A stretch of DNA of 64,000 nt from Bacteroidales bacterium (GCA_035530515.1 DATKUO010000223.1:686-64685), one strand, 5' to 3'. Shown: positions 9,010 to 19,315, counted from the stretch's first letter. The notes: a model not told the origin generated them from the letters alone. Program-made: numbers and translations.

Positions 9010-9795
9010 TTAACTTACAAGGTCTATTAAACCATTAAGAACATATCGGGGAGAGTATGGATAAAGGTCAATTCCTTTCCTGTCAGTTATTCCGCTTAAG
9101 ACAAGCAGCGTATCAATTTCTGATTCCATGCCGGCTCTTATATCAGTATCCATCCTGTCGCCTATTACTATTGCATCTTCTCTTCTAACTCCAAGTCTTT
9201 TCAGTGCAATTCGCATCATAAGCGGGTTCGGTTTACCTACATAATAGGCTTTTTTCCCGGCAGCTATTTCGATTGGAGCGATAAGAGCTTTTGTTGAAGG
9301 TGTGATCCCAACTTCAACAGGACCACTTACATCGGGATTGGTTCCAATTAGCTTTGCACCATTAATTACCAGGTTGACGGCCAATTCTATTTTTTCAAAA
9401 TTATAGCCATGAGTGTCACCTACTACTACATAATCGGGATTAACATTATTTACAGAGTATCCCACACTGTATAACGCATGTATAAGACCTGCATCACCAA
9501 TAATATATGCACTTCCGTTAGGTTTCTGATTTGCCAGGAAGCTGGCTGTGGCAAGGGCACTTGTATAGAAATGATTCTCAACGGCGTTGATTCCCAGACG
9601 TTTAAGTTTTTCATGCAGTTCTTTAGGTGTTCTTTCACTTGAATTGGTCAGGAAGAGATATTTTTTCCCTGATTCTTCAAGCCATGCTACAAAATCTGTA
9701 ACACCTGGCAGCAACCTGTTCCCATGATAAATTACACCATCCATGTCAATGATGAATCCTGCTTTACTTTTGATTTTTTCAATAATGTTTTCCAT
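9010..9795 (-). CDS. HAD-IIA hydrolase (NagD-like sugar phosphatase)
   Basis: 261 aa. IDMDGVIYHG, GKPNP and GDRMDTDI motifs are present. Confidence 0.85.
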   Translation of the reverse strand: MENIIEKIKSKAGFIIDMDGVIYHGNRLLPGVTDFVAWLEESGKKYLFLTNSSERTPKELHEKLKRLGINAVENHFYTSALATASFLANQKPNGSAYIIGDAGLIHALYSVGYSVNNVNPDYVVVGDTHGYNFEKIELAVNLVINGAKLIGTNPDVSGPVEVGITPSTKALIAPIEIAAGKKAYYVGKPNPLMMRIALKRLGVRREDAIVIGDRMDTDIRAGMESEIDTLLVLSGITDRKGIDLYPYSPRYVLNGLIDLVS

Positions 9796-9813
9796 ACTAA
9801 AATATTATTAAAG

Positions 9814-9821
9814 CAAAGATA
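9814..9821 (-). promoter_or_regulatory. Candidate Bacteroidota -7 promoter box (TATCTTTG) for the 9795..2143 operon
   Basis: The minus strand reads TATCTTTG, matching TAnnTTTG, 18 nt upstream of the ATG at 9795. Confidence 0.4.
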
Positions 9822-9959
9822 CCTATCATTTTTTAAATATATAATCCTTAATAATTTTAAGAAAATGTACCATGATTATTTCAACTTATATTCCAGGGAG
9901 CAGTGGCAGTCTATATAACTAAGTTATCATTTTAGCCTATATGCCTTTACGCCATCGAA

Positions 9960-12900
9960 TTATGATCGCTTTTTATCTTCATTCCTATATAACAAGTGTA
10001 ATAAGGTAGGAAATATGATGAGAAGCAGAGGCAGTGCAATTACAAACCCACCGATAACGGCTATTGCCAATGGCTGATGCATCTGAGCACCTGTACCGAC
10101 TCCTATAGCCAGCGGCATTAATGCAATAATTGCCCCAAGAGCCGTCATTAGCTTAGGCCTTAAACGGGTAGAAATAGCAAATACGAGCGATTCGTCAATA
10201 GATCCATTAAGACGGTTTGTTGTGAATTGTTGAAAAGTGAAAATTGCATTTTCACCTATTATACCCACTATCATAATCAAACCTGTATAACTACCTACAT
10301 TCAGAGGAGTGTTTGTTATAAACAATGCGATCAGACTACCGGATATGCCCAGAACAGCTATGAAAAGAATTGATAGGGCAGCCCTGAAATCTTTGTAAAG
10401 GAACAGCATAAGGGCAAAAACCAGCAGGCTCGATAGGATGAGAATCAACAGAAGCTCGTTGAATGATTTCTGCTGATCAGCATATTCTCCTCCGTATTCA
10501 ATGTTATATCCCTGGGGAAGGAAAATTTTAGAGTCGATTATTCTCTGAATCTCTTTCATAGCACTACCAAGATCTCTGTTGTTTAGCCTTGCTGTTACTA
10601 TAGAGACAGATTTGAGATTGTCTCTGTTTAGCTGTGCAACCCCCTCTTGTAACCTGAATGTTGCAAAACCTGCAAGTGGTTTCAGCTTCCCATCAGGAAG
10701 GAAGATGAACTGGTTTCTGATATTTTCAAGACCGTTTTGAGTACTATTTGGATAGATCATCCTGATATCAGTCATCTGCTCTCTCTCAGGAATGTTACCA
10801 ATAATATTACCCTCAACCATTGTTTGAAGCTGAAACTGAAAAGATGCCGGAGAGATATTATACTGAGCTAACTTTTGCTGGTCAGGAATGATATCGATTG
10901 AGGGACCGGCTATTATTCTACCATCAAAAACATCCTCAATACCCTCAATGTTTTCAATCTCACTGGCGACCTCTATGGCTAATTTATTTAATGTTTCCTG
11001 ATCGCTGCCAAATATTTTTATTTCAATAGGTTGGACAGATGCCATCAGATCTCCGAGCATATCGCCTATAACCTGTCCGAAATCTATTTCGAGAGTTGGC
11101 TGAGTAGCTTCAATTCTTTTCCTAATATCATCTATAACCTCAACAGTGGTTCTTTGCCTGTCGTTTCTCAACTGTATCAGAAAATCACCATCGTTAGCTT
11201 CGGTAATGAAAAACCCCATCTCAGCGCCTGTCCTTCGCGAATATGTCTCAACTTCAGGAATAGTGACAATGATTTTTTCCACTTCAATAAGTATCCTGTC
11301 AGTCTCTTCAAGCGATGTTCCCGGAGGAGATTTATAATCAAGGACTATTGAACCTTCATCCATTTCAGGGAGAAAGCCTGTCTCCAATCGTGGAAGAATG
11401 TAAAAGATTGAAGCCATGAGGAATAAGATAACCAGAATGCTTAATATTGGTCTTCTTATAAAAAAACTCACCCAGTTCCTTGTTCTTGTTAGTTTTACCT
11501 TCTCTTTCATTCTTTGAGGAAACAGCGACCTCACCTTTGAGAACCATATATAAATAACAGGCAGTCCGATCCATGTAACAAAAAACGAACATACCAGGGT
11601 TATTATCATTGTATTTGTAAGCACATTGAAATAGGCTCCGGCAACACCTCCCAGCAACATAAAGGGTATAAATATCACTATTGTGCTTATTGATGATCCG
11701 ATCATCGAAGGCAAAAGGTAATTAATTGCTTGCTGTACAAGCTGATTTGACTGCCTTTCAGGAAACTCCTCATGTGTTCTGTGGATCTGTTCCACTACTA
11801 CTACAGCATCATCAATAATTAACCCGATAGCAGCTGCAATAGCACCGAAAGTCATAATATTCAGCGTATATCCAATGCTGTATAATACAATAATTGTCAG
11901 AAATAATGTGACTGGGATTGTAACAAGTATTGTGGAGCTGGCTCTGAAAGAGCGCAGAAACAATATAGCAACAAGTATTGCAAGAAAAAGACCCAACCAA
12001 AGACTATCATTAACACTTTTAATTGCCCTGTTAACAAAATCGGCCTGATCGTAATATAAAGAAATGTGAACATCGGGGGGCAGTATTTTTTCAAGTTCTT
12101 TTTTCTTAGATGCAACCTCCTTCGAGATATTAATAAGGTTTGCATTCGGCTGTTTCAGTATCGCAACAAGAAGACCCTGGCGACCATTAGCATTGATCCT
12201 TGTATATTCTGTTCTCTCTCTGACATTTATATCAGCAACATCCTTAAGTTTTATTATTCTTTTTCCATCATTCCTCAGAACTACATTTTCAACGTCAGCC
12301 AGATTATAAAGCCCTGCATCGGTGATGTTCAGATATAATCGGCGATAATCCGACAGAAAACCATTTGATGTTATGAAGTGATTCTGGTTGAGCATATCCC
12401 TTATTATTTCCGGGGTTATTGAAAATGTGCTCATTTTAAGCTGATTAAGCTCAATCCAGTACTCTTTGGTTTTTCCACCTATAATACCAACCGAAGATAC
12501 ACCATCAATTTGTGATAGAAATGGTTTAATAATATATGTAGCAATAAGGTTGAGTTCTATAGGTGTTTTTGTATCGCTTTCAACTGTAAATCCTATAACA
12601 GGCAGTATAGATGGATTCATCTTTTCAACCTGTATGGTTACATCTGCCGGAAGCTGGTTTTTGATCTGTGATATTCTTGATTCCAGCATTTGCTGATTGA
12701 CATCTATATTAGCATCCCAGTTCAGAAAAGCAGATATTTCACAAGTTCCCCTGCTGGTTGCACTCCTTAATATTCTAAGATCAGGAATCTTTTTTATGGC
12801 ATCTTCAATAGGTCGCGTTACTGTAACCATCATCTTATCGACCGGTTGTTCTCCATTATCAGCAATGACTTTAATTTTAGGGAATGTGATCTCAGGGAAG

Positions 12901-13001
12901 AGCGATACCTGGATATGCCCGTAAAGGAATATTCCACCGGCAATAATTACTGCAAGAATAACAGTTATAGGATTTTTATATGAAAGGAAGAAATTTTTCA
13001 T
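9960..13001 (-). CDS. RND efflux transporter permease (AcrB/CzcA superfamily)
   Basis: 1013 aa. It has multiple hydrophobic TM blocks separated by two large periplasmic loops, and lies downstream of the adaptor and TolC-like genes. Confidence 0.9.
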   Translation of the reverse strand: MKNFFLSYKNPITVILAVIIAGGIFLYGHIQVSLFPEITFPKIKVIADNGEQPVDKMMVTVTRPIEDAIKKIPDLRILRSATSRGTCEISAFLNWDANIDVNQQMLESRISQIKNQLPADVTIQVEKMNPSILPVIGFTVESDTKTPIELNLIATYIIKPFLSQIDGVSSVGIIGGKTKEYWIELNQLKMSTFSITPEIIRDMLNQNHFITSNGFLSDYRRLYLNITDAGLYNLADVENVVLRNDGKRIIKLKDVADINVRERTEYTRINANGRQGLLVAILKQPNANLINISKEVASKKKELEKILPPDVHISLYYDQADFVNRAIKSVNDSLWLGLFLAILVAILFLRSFRASSTILVTIPVTLFLTIIVLYSIGYTLNIMTFGAIAAAIGLIIDDAVVVVEQIHRTHEEFPERQSNQLVQQAINYLLPSMIGSSISTIVIFIPFMLLGGVAGAYFNVLTNTMIITLVCSFFVTWIGLPVIYIWFSKVRSLFPQRMKEKVKLTRTRNWVSFFIRRPILSILVILFLMASIFYILPRLETGFLPEMDEGSIVLDYKSPPGTSLEETDRILIEVEKIIVTIPEVETYSRRTGAEMGFFITEANDGDFLIQLRNDRQRTTVEVIDDIRKRIEATQPTLEIDFGQVIGDMLGDLMASVQPIEIKIFGSDQETLNKLAIEVASEIENIEGIEDVFDGRIIAGPSIDIIPDQQKLAQYNISPASFQFQLQTMVEGNIIGNIPEREQMTDIRMIYPNSTQNGLENIRNQFIFLPDGKLKPLAGFATFRLQEGVAQLNRDNLKSVSIVTARLNNRDLGSAMKEIQRIIDSKIFLPQGYNIEYGGEYADQQKSFNELLLILILSSLLVFALMLFLYKDFRAALSILFIAVLGISGSLIALFITNTPLNVGSYTGLIMIVGIIGENAIFTFQQFTTNRLNGSIDESLVFAISTRLRPKLMTALGAIIALMPLAIGVGTGAQMHQPLAIAVIGGFVIALPLLLIIFPTLLHLLYRNEDKKRS

Positions 13002-13005
13002 ATTG

Positions 13006-13938
13006 TTACTCCTCTATAATTTCTATCCTGGCAGTATCAGCTAACCCATAATTACCTGTTAACACTATTTTGTCTGATGAAAGGAATTTTGGTTCGGTAA
13101 TCTCTACTTCATCACTGTTTTCAAAACCTTTCCTTATAACAACCTTAACAGCAGTACTGTCGTTCATCAGTTTCATTACCCAGAATTCAGATTGAGTCTC
13201 ATCTCCCAATACTGCCTTCTTTGGTAAGACCAATGCGTTATCACTGGTAGATTTGATCAGCCTTATAGTGGCAATCAGGTTAGCAGGTAGCCGGCTAACT
13301 GAAAATGGCCTTACTATATATCTGATAGTCTGCGATTGTATATCCATCTCCGGAAGCTTTCCTGTAATAGTCCCTTTTATTATTCTGGTGTCCGGAAGAG
13401 TGACACTGCAATTAATATTTTTCTCAATAAGCCGGTTAAGTTCAAAAGGTACTTCAAGGATAAAAACCAGACTGTTCTGTTCAGACACTACTGCAAGCTC
13501 ATCACCCTCCTGAACAAAGTCGCTTTTTTGAAATGACACTGAACTAATCACACCTTCTTTATGTGAAGAAATATTTATTAATCCATTAAAAATCAGGCTG
13601 CTGTCACTATTATGATTCTTGTTAAGGGCCATTGCCTCGCGTGTTCTGATAGAGAAAATCTGCTGACCATTTGAAATATAATCGCCTGGGTTAACTGATA
13701 TTTTTTCAATTATTCCTGTAATAGTTGCCCTGATAATACTTTTATTCATGAACATCGATACAGCTGGCAGATCGACAGTTGAAGTGACCGATTTGAATGT
13801 GACGGGAACAATAGTTACCGGTGTTGTTGCTTCAATAACCTCTTCTGAAGTTTCGGCAACTTGATTACATGATACTAATATTGCAGTTGCGCCGGTAATC
13901 AGAATAAAGAAAAGTTGAGTTCTAATTCTTGTTAACAT
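13006..13938 (-). CDS. RND efflux periplasmic adaptor (MFP/HlyD-like) lipoprotein
   Basis: 310 aa. It has a lipoprotein-type signal (AILVSC) and beta-rich sequence, and sits between the TolC-like and RND genes with 4-11 nt gaps. Confidence 0.7.
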   Translation of the reverse strand: MLTRIRTQLFFILITGATAILVSCNQVAETSEEVIEATTPVTIVPVTFKSVTSTVDLPAVSMFMNKSIIRATITGIIEKISVNPGDYISNGQQIFSIRTREAMALNKNHNSDSSLIFNGLINISSHKEGVISSVSFQKSDFVQEGDELAVVSEQNSLVFILEVPFELNRLIEKNINCSVTLPDTRIIKGTITGKLPEMDIQSQTIRYIVRPFSVSRLPANLIATIRLIKSTSDNALVLPKKAVLGDETQSEFWVMKLMNDSTAVKVVIRKGFENSDEVEITEPKFLSSDKIVLTGNYGLADTARIEIIEE

Positions 13939-13949
13939 AGAAATACTAT

Positions 13950-15191
13950 TTATTGAGTCATAAGGAAATTCATTTCGTTTATAACCTGCAGCTTCTGTAT
14001 ACTAATTAGGTTCAGATTTCTGCTGGTTGTCTTGAAGTTTTTAATTGCATTAATATATTCAGTCATCTGGATAATTCCTGATTCAAGCTGTTGTTTAAGG
14101 GCTTTAACTAACTGATCACTGGTCTGAAGTTGCTCCTTCATCCTTTCGGACAGCTCATTCAGCGAGTTAAGCTCAATATTAAATTGTTTGAACTGTTGAG
14201 AATATTGTTTACGGAAATTATTCTCATAGCCCTGTCTGCTGCTTTCATTATATTCAAGCTTCTGTTTTTCGATATCTCTTTGCTTTCCGTCGTAAATAGG
14301 GATATTCAGGCTTAAACCGGCACTATATCCGGCATGTTTATAGAAGTTAAAAGGATCATGTGTTAAGATACCTGCATCAGCAAACCAGCTGACCTTTGGT
14401 TTATATCTTATATCGATGGCAAGTTTTTCATTTTCAATCTTTATGCTATCAATTTTATATTGAATATAAGAAGGAGTCTTCTCAATTTTCGGAATGCCAC
14501 TTATATCTATTTGGGGGACAATCAATTCATACGATGAGGAGTCATTTAATCCGCAAAGTTGGTTAAGAAACATAAGCTCTTTCCTATACTGATTTTTAAG
14601 CTGGTTAACCAGTATCTCCTGAGACTGGGTCTCTACTAATAAAGAGAGATAATCGGTCTGCTTGCAAATGCCATTTTTTACAAAATCTTTTACTATTTTA
14701 TTTTCTTTATAGAATAGATCGAGGAATGTTGTATTAAATAAATAATCGTCGTAGTTGTAAAATGTTGCAAGATATTGAGTTGTTATAATTCTGTTTAATT
14801 CAGCTGTTGATATCTTTGAAGCGTTTAAGATAGATTGCTTTCGCAGGTCTGTTGCAGCATATTTATTGTTTAATTCCCTTTTATTGAAAATATTCTGAGA
14901 TACTCCCATAACTGCCATATAATTTCCACCATCGGTTATTACTTCGTCATATCCGAAGTTTCCATAGAGAGGTGAGTATTGCAGTTGTGTTTTTGCTTCA
15001 ACAAAGGGCTTCTTTGTAGCCCTTATTAGGAGACTATCAGCGATTGCGGAATTTAACCGGTTTCTGTATTCATTTAGTAATGGACTGTTTCTAAGGCCTT
15101 CCGATAAATAAAATTCCAGATTACGTGTCTGACAATGAGTAATTAACGTTAAGCTGGAGAGAAGCAAGATCAGATAAATCCTTTTATTCAT
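13950..15191 (-). CDS. TolC-family outer membrane efflux protein
   Basis: 413 aa. It has a signal peptide and a two-fold repeated coiled-coil-rich organisation, and is the first gene of the efflux operon. Confidence 0.7.
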   Translation of the reverse strand: MNKRIYLILLLSSLTLITHCQTRNLEFYLSEGLRNSPLLNEYRNRLNSAIADSLLIRATKKPFVEAKTQLQYSPLYGNFGYDEVITDGGNYMAVMGVSQNIFNKRELNNKYAATDLRKQSILNASKISTAELNRIITTQYLATFYNYDDYLFNTTFLDLFYKENKIVKDFVKNGICKQTDYLSLLVETQSQEILVNQLKNQYRKELMFLNQLCGLNDSSSYELIVPQIDISGIPKIEKTPSYIQYKIDSIKIENEKLAIDIRYKPKVSWFADAGILTHDPFNFYKHAGYSAGLSLNIPIYDGKQRDIEKQKLEYNESSRQGYENNFRKQYSQQFKQFNIELNSLNELSERMKEQLQTSDQLVKALKQQLESGIIQMTEYINAIKNFKTTSRNLNLISIQKLQVINEMNFLMTQ

Positions 15192-15299
15192 AATAATATA
15201 CTATATATAGTACAAACAATGCAATATAAATAAACTTACTATCAAAATTGAAATATTATTCCGAAGGATTTTTTTTTAACAACACATCTTATAGACAGT

Positions 15300-17768
15300 T
15301 CAAATTCCTTTTTTATTCAGATCAATTGATTTTTTATATGAAAAATCCGTTTTGCTTTTATGGTTATTAAGAGGAATTATACGTTCATTTATTGCGTCGA
15401 GTATCCAGTCAGGTTGAGGGAAGAAATATTCCTCCATTTCATATGCAGGGGTTATCCAGTTACGGGAGCCAACCACAACAGGGGGTGCATTGAGATAGTC
15501 AAATGCCAGCTCTGTAAGTGTCTGAGCCATCTCCTTAAGGAATGAACCGCGGGAAGAGGCGTCACTTGTAAGTACTATCCTGCCTGTTTTTTTAACAGAC
15601 TGAATGACAGGCTCATAATTGAAAGGAACAAGTGACCTCGCATCAATAATCTCAGCATCCAGACCATATTTTTCCTTGAGTGTATCTGCAACTTTTATAA
15701 CAGGATATAGTGTTGCCCCTATCGAAAGAATGGTTATATCGGAACCACTTCTTTTAATATCAGGTTCGCCAAAAGGAATCTCATAATATTCTTCGGGAAC
15801 CCCACCTTTATGAAACATCTCTCCAATATCATAAATTCTCTGACTTTCGAAGAAAATAACCGGATCGGTTCCCTGCAAAGCAGTGTTCATTAATCCTTTG
15901 GCGTCATATGGTGTGGCAGGAAAAACAACTTTCAGTCCGGGAATATGGGCTGTCAGCGATGACCAGTCCTGAGAATGTTGAGCTCCATATTTTGAACCTA
16001 CTGAAACCCTTATAACTACGGGCATTTTAATAATATTTCCACTCATAGCCTGCCATTTAGGCAACTGGTTGAATACCTCATCACCGGAGCGGCCAAGGAA
16101 ATCGCAATACATTATTTCAGCTATTACACGTCCTCCGCACATACCATAACCAATAGCTGTTCCAACTATTGCTCCTTCTGAAATAGGGGAGTTAAACAGT
16201 CTGTGGTAGGGGAGTGCTTCTGTGAGTCCACGGTACACGGCAAACGCTCCGCCCCAGTCGCGGTTTTCTTCACCCCATGCTGCAAGAGTAGGATCTTTAT
16301 AGAAGCGATCAATGACTGCCTCAAAGATCCCATCACGAAGCTGGAAGAGTCTTGCTTTGGAAACAGGATTACCATCCTTGCCAATATAGAATCTCTCTTT
16401 GTTTTTAAGTGATTTGACGCGGGGATTTTCTTCAATGGGGAGAAGTACATCAGGAATACCCTCTTCCATTCTGTCGGCAGATCCGTTTGAGAACATCATC
16501 CTGCCTATTGAATCAGGGTCTTTCTGCATATCCAGTCTTGGTGAAATCGTATCATCTATGCTGAGTTTCAGGATATGTGTAAGCAATTCTTTTGTGTTAT
16601 TTCCTATCTCATCAAGTTGTTCCTGGTTTACAATTCCTGCAAGGACAAGTGATTTACCATATGCGATAATTGAATCTTCCTGCTGCCATGCTTCGATCTC
16701 CTCTTTTGATCGGTACGATGAAGCATCAGAAGGAGAATGTCCGCTTATCCTGTAGGTAAGAGTGTCGAGCAAAACCGGACCGTTTTTTTCTTTTAATATC
16801 TGCTTTTTACGTCTGAAAGCATCGATAACAGCCAGCGGATTGTAACCATCAATACGTTCGGCATGCATCATTTCAGGATTAACCCCTGCACCGATACGAG
16901 CAAGAATGTCATACCCCATGGTCTCGCCCATTGTCTGTCCACCCATCCCGTATAAATTATTCATGAAGTTGAATATTAATGGTAAGCCACCTCTGAATTC
17001 ACCATCCCAGAGAGTCTTGTATTGATCCATGGTTGCGAAGGTGATTCCTTCCCATACAGGTCCGCAGCCCATGGAAGCATCACCGATGTTACATACAATG
17101 ATACCTGGTTTCCGGTTAATCTTTTTATAAAGAGCGGCCCCGACAGAAATGTCACCGGAACCACCAACAATTGCATTATTAGGATAGATACCGAAAGGCG
17201 TAAAAAAAGCATGCATAGATCCACCTAACCCTTTGTTGAATCCGTTTTTGCGTGCAAAGATTTCAGCCAGTGCCCCATATAACAGGAAATGGATAGCAAG
17301 ATCTTTTATATTACCCTGATACCCTTTTTCAACAACTTTCAATGCAGCGCCTCCAAAGTAATTTCTCATAACGGAGTAAAGATTATCTTCATCAAGCCGG
17401 TGTATAGCTGACAATCCTTTGGCGAGAATCTCTCCATGGCTACGGTGTGACCCGAAAATATAATCATCAACCTCGAGGGTATAAGCCATCCCCACGGCTG
17501 AAGCCTCCTGCCCGATAGAGAGGTGTGCCGGTCCAGGATGGTTATAAGGGATACCATTATATTCATTAGTTGTCTTAATCAGGTTTAGCATAGTTTCAAA
17601 TTCCCTGATAACCACCATATCGTGGAATATTCTTAAAAAATCTTCCTTGCTGAATATTTTCTTTTCTTCTTCAATAGATTTATTATACTGATTTACAGGA
17701 ATTTTTTCGAATTCTATGAACTGTGGTTGCCTGACAACCTTTGGATTAATGTTTTGACTTTTTGGCAT
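15300..17768 (-). CDS. 2-oxoacid dehydrogenase E1 component, fused alpha and beta subunits (ThDP-dependent)
   Basis: 822 aa. The ThDP motif GDASMGCGPVWEG...N lies in the N-terminal half. The transketolase-like pyrimidine-binding and C-terminal domains lie in the second half. Confidence 0.85.
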   Translation of the reverse strand: MPKSQNINPKVVRQPQFIEFEKIPVNQYNKSIEEEKKIFSKEDFLRIFHDMVVIREFETMLNLIKTTNEYNGIPYNHPGPAHLSIGQEASAVGMAYTLEVDDYIFGSHRSHGEILAKGLSAIHRLDEDNLYSVMRNYFGGAALKVVEKGYQGNIKDLAIHFLLYGALAEIFARKNGFNKGLGGSMHAFFTPFGIYPNNAIVGGSGDISVGAALYKKINRKPGIIVCNIGDASMGCGPVWEGITFATMDQYKTLWDGEFRGGLPLIFNFMNNLYGMGGQTMGETMGYDILARIGAGVNPEMMHAERIDGYNPLAVIDAFRRKKQILKEKNGPVLLDTLTYRISGHSPSDASSYRSKEEIEAWQQEDSIIAYGKSLVLAGIVNQEQLDEIGNNTKELLTHILKLSIDDTISPRLDMQKDPDSIGRMMFSNGSADRMEEGIPDVLLPIEENPRVKSLKNKERFYIGKDGNPVSKARLFQLRDGIFEAVIDRFYKDPTLAAWGEENRDWGGAFAVYRGLTEALPYHRLFNSPISEGAIVGTAIGYGMCGGRVIAEIMYCDFLGRSGDEVFNQLPKWQAMSGNIIKMPVVIRVSVGSKYGAQHSQDWSSLTAHIPGLKVVFPATPYDAKGLMNTALQGTDPVIFFESQRIYDIGEMFHKGGVPEEYYEIPFGEPDIKRSGSDITILSIGATLYPVIKVADTLKEKYGLDAEIIDARSLVPFNYEPVIQSVKKTGRIVLTSDASSRGSFLKEMAQTLTELAFDYLNAPPVVVGSRNWITPAYEMEEYFFPQPDWILDAINERIIPLNNHKSKTDFSYKKSIDLNKKGI

Positions 17769-17770
17769 TT

Positions 17771-17830
17771 TTGCTTGTCTTTATATCTGATTGTCTTTAT
17801 GTCTGATTGTCTATTGTCAATTGTTTAATT
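17771..17830. repeat. Degenerate 7/8-bp stutter array (CTGATTGTCT.. / ATTGTCT ATTGTCA ATTGTTT AATTGGG)
   Basis: Read directly in the E2-E1 intergenic spacer. Confidence 0.7.
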
Positions 17831-17840
17831 GGGGGGCAGG

Positions 17841-19058
17841 TTAGTACCTGAATCTCTCAATCTGACTCTTTATTTCCTTTAGGAACATGGTGGCCGGACC
17901 GCCGTCAATAGCCCTGTGATCGTAAGTAAGTGATAATCCTATATATGGAACAAAACCAAATATGTTATTACCCATATCGGCAGGACGATTTATTATTGTG
18001 CAGACACCAAGGATAGCTGCCTGGGGGAGATTGATAACAGGAGTAAACATTTCGACGCCATAGTTGCCCAGATTTGAAATGGTAAATGTTGCTGCAGTAC
18101 TTTGAATCAATTCCGGATCTACAGCTCCTTTTCTGCATGTTTCAGCAAGAGTTTTTAACTCCTTTGATAAACTGATCAGGTTCATATCGCTGGCATTTTT
18201 CAATGCAGGAACCATTAGTCCCCGTGGAGTATCCACAGCTAAACCAAGGTGGACTTTATGAAAGGTTCTGATCCGGTCATCGAGAAAATGGCTGTTGGTT
18301 TCAGGGTATTTCTCAAGCGCCCTTATCACACACCAGCATATCATATCATTAAGGGTGATATCCTGAACTGGGGACCCTGATGATATTATATTTTTAATCT
18401 TCTGTCTTTCTTCAAGAAGTAACCTTACATCTGCGCTCATATGATGAGTTACCTGAGCTGAGTTCTGCAATGAGTTATGCATCGCCTTTGCAATAAGTTT
18501 CCGCACATTGCTCAATGATTGTTCACTGTATTCATCTCCCGTTGCATGAACCATTTTAGCAGATGACAGAGCTTTCTCAATATCGTTTGTTATGATCCTT
18601 CCATTTGGGCCTGAGCCTTGTATGTTATTGTAATTTAGATTCTTATCGATAGCAAGAAGCCTTGCCCTGGGAGAAATCCTGATTTTCCCGTTTGAACTGC
18701 TATCTATTAGGTTTTCCCCTTCAACCCCTTCAACCCTTTCAACCCCTTCAACCTCTATAGCTTCAGAAATAGTTTCATGAACAGTTTTCTGGCTTTGAAT
18801 AAAAGAGTCTGTCGCTTCTCCTTCTTTTCCTATCACTGCTACATTTACCAGTACCGGTACTTCGGCACCCTCATCAAAGAATTGATCTAATAGTATCCCC
18901 TCTTCAGGAGATTCAAGGTCAAAGGCAGCCTTGTCAGTCTCATAGGAGAAAAGAAGATCGCCAACTGAAACACTTTCTCCTTTTTTCTTGAACCATTTCG
19001 TAATTATACAAGTCTCAACCGACTGGCCCTGTTTTGGCATTATGACCGCTATTGCCAT
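17841..19058 (-). CDS. 2-oxoacid dehydrogenase E2 dihydrolipoamide acyltransferase
   Basis: 405 aa. Lipoyl motif ETDKA, peripheral-subunit-binding segment (RISPRARLLA), catalytic DHRAIDG. Confidence 0.9.
   Translation of the reverse strand: MAIAVIMPKQGQSVETCIITKWFKKKGESVSVGDLLFSYETDKAAFDLESPEEGILLDQFFDEGAEVPVLVNVAVIGKEGEATDSFIQSQKTVHETISEAIEVEGVERVEGVEGENLIDSSSNGKIRISPRARLLAIDKNLNYNNIQGSGPNGRIITNDIEKALSSAKMVHATGDEYSEQSLSNVRKLIAKAMHNSLQNSAQVTHHMSADVRLLLEERQKIKNIISSGSPVQDITLNDMICWCVIRALEKYPETNSHFLDDRIRTFHKVHLGLAVDTPRGLMVPALKNASDMNLISLSKELKTLAETCRKGAVDPELIQSTAATFTISNLGNYGVEMFTPVINLPQAAILGVCTIINRPADMGNNIFGFVPYIGLSLTYDHRAIDGGPATMFLKEIKSQIERFRY
18717..18752 (-). repeat. In-frame 9-bp tandem repeat x4 in the E2 interdomain linker (encodes VEG VER VEG VEG)
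   Basis: The plus strand reads CCCTTCAAC x4 with one variant (CCTTTCAAC). Confidence 0.85.
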
Positions 19059-19164
19059 TTTTAATAAAGTATTAAGTTATGATGTTGAAAATGTTGCACT
19101 TCGACAAGCTCAGTGCTGAAAATGTTGTAATGTTGAAAAATTGTAACTAATATTTGACTTTTTA

Positions 19165-19225
<61 letters not shown>

Positions 19226-19315
19226 AATATTAACTTATTATAATAAGTAAACTAAGCAAATATATATATTTATTGATAGTGCTATTAATCAGTGATTACA
19301 AAAATATAATATTTA

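Noticed and set aside
9901-9907. A GCCACTG (B12-box-like) word on the minus strand upstream of the HAD-IIA operon, raising the question of a cobalamin riboswitch.
   Set aside because: It is an isolated 7-mer. The surrounding roughly 160 nt are AT-rich and lack the other conserved riboswitch segments. The downstream genes have no link to cobalamin.
15300-19058. The E1/E2 pair lacking an adjacent E3 (lipoamide dehydrogenase), considered as an anomaly.
   Set aside because: E3 is commonly encoded elsewhere and shared between complexes, and a fused alpha/beta E1 is a common Bacteroidota arrangement as I recall it. This is not unusual enough to flag.
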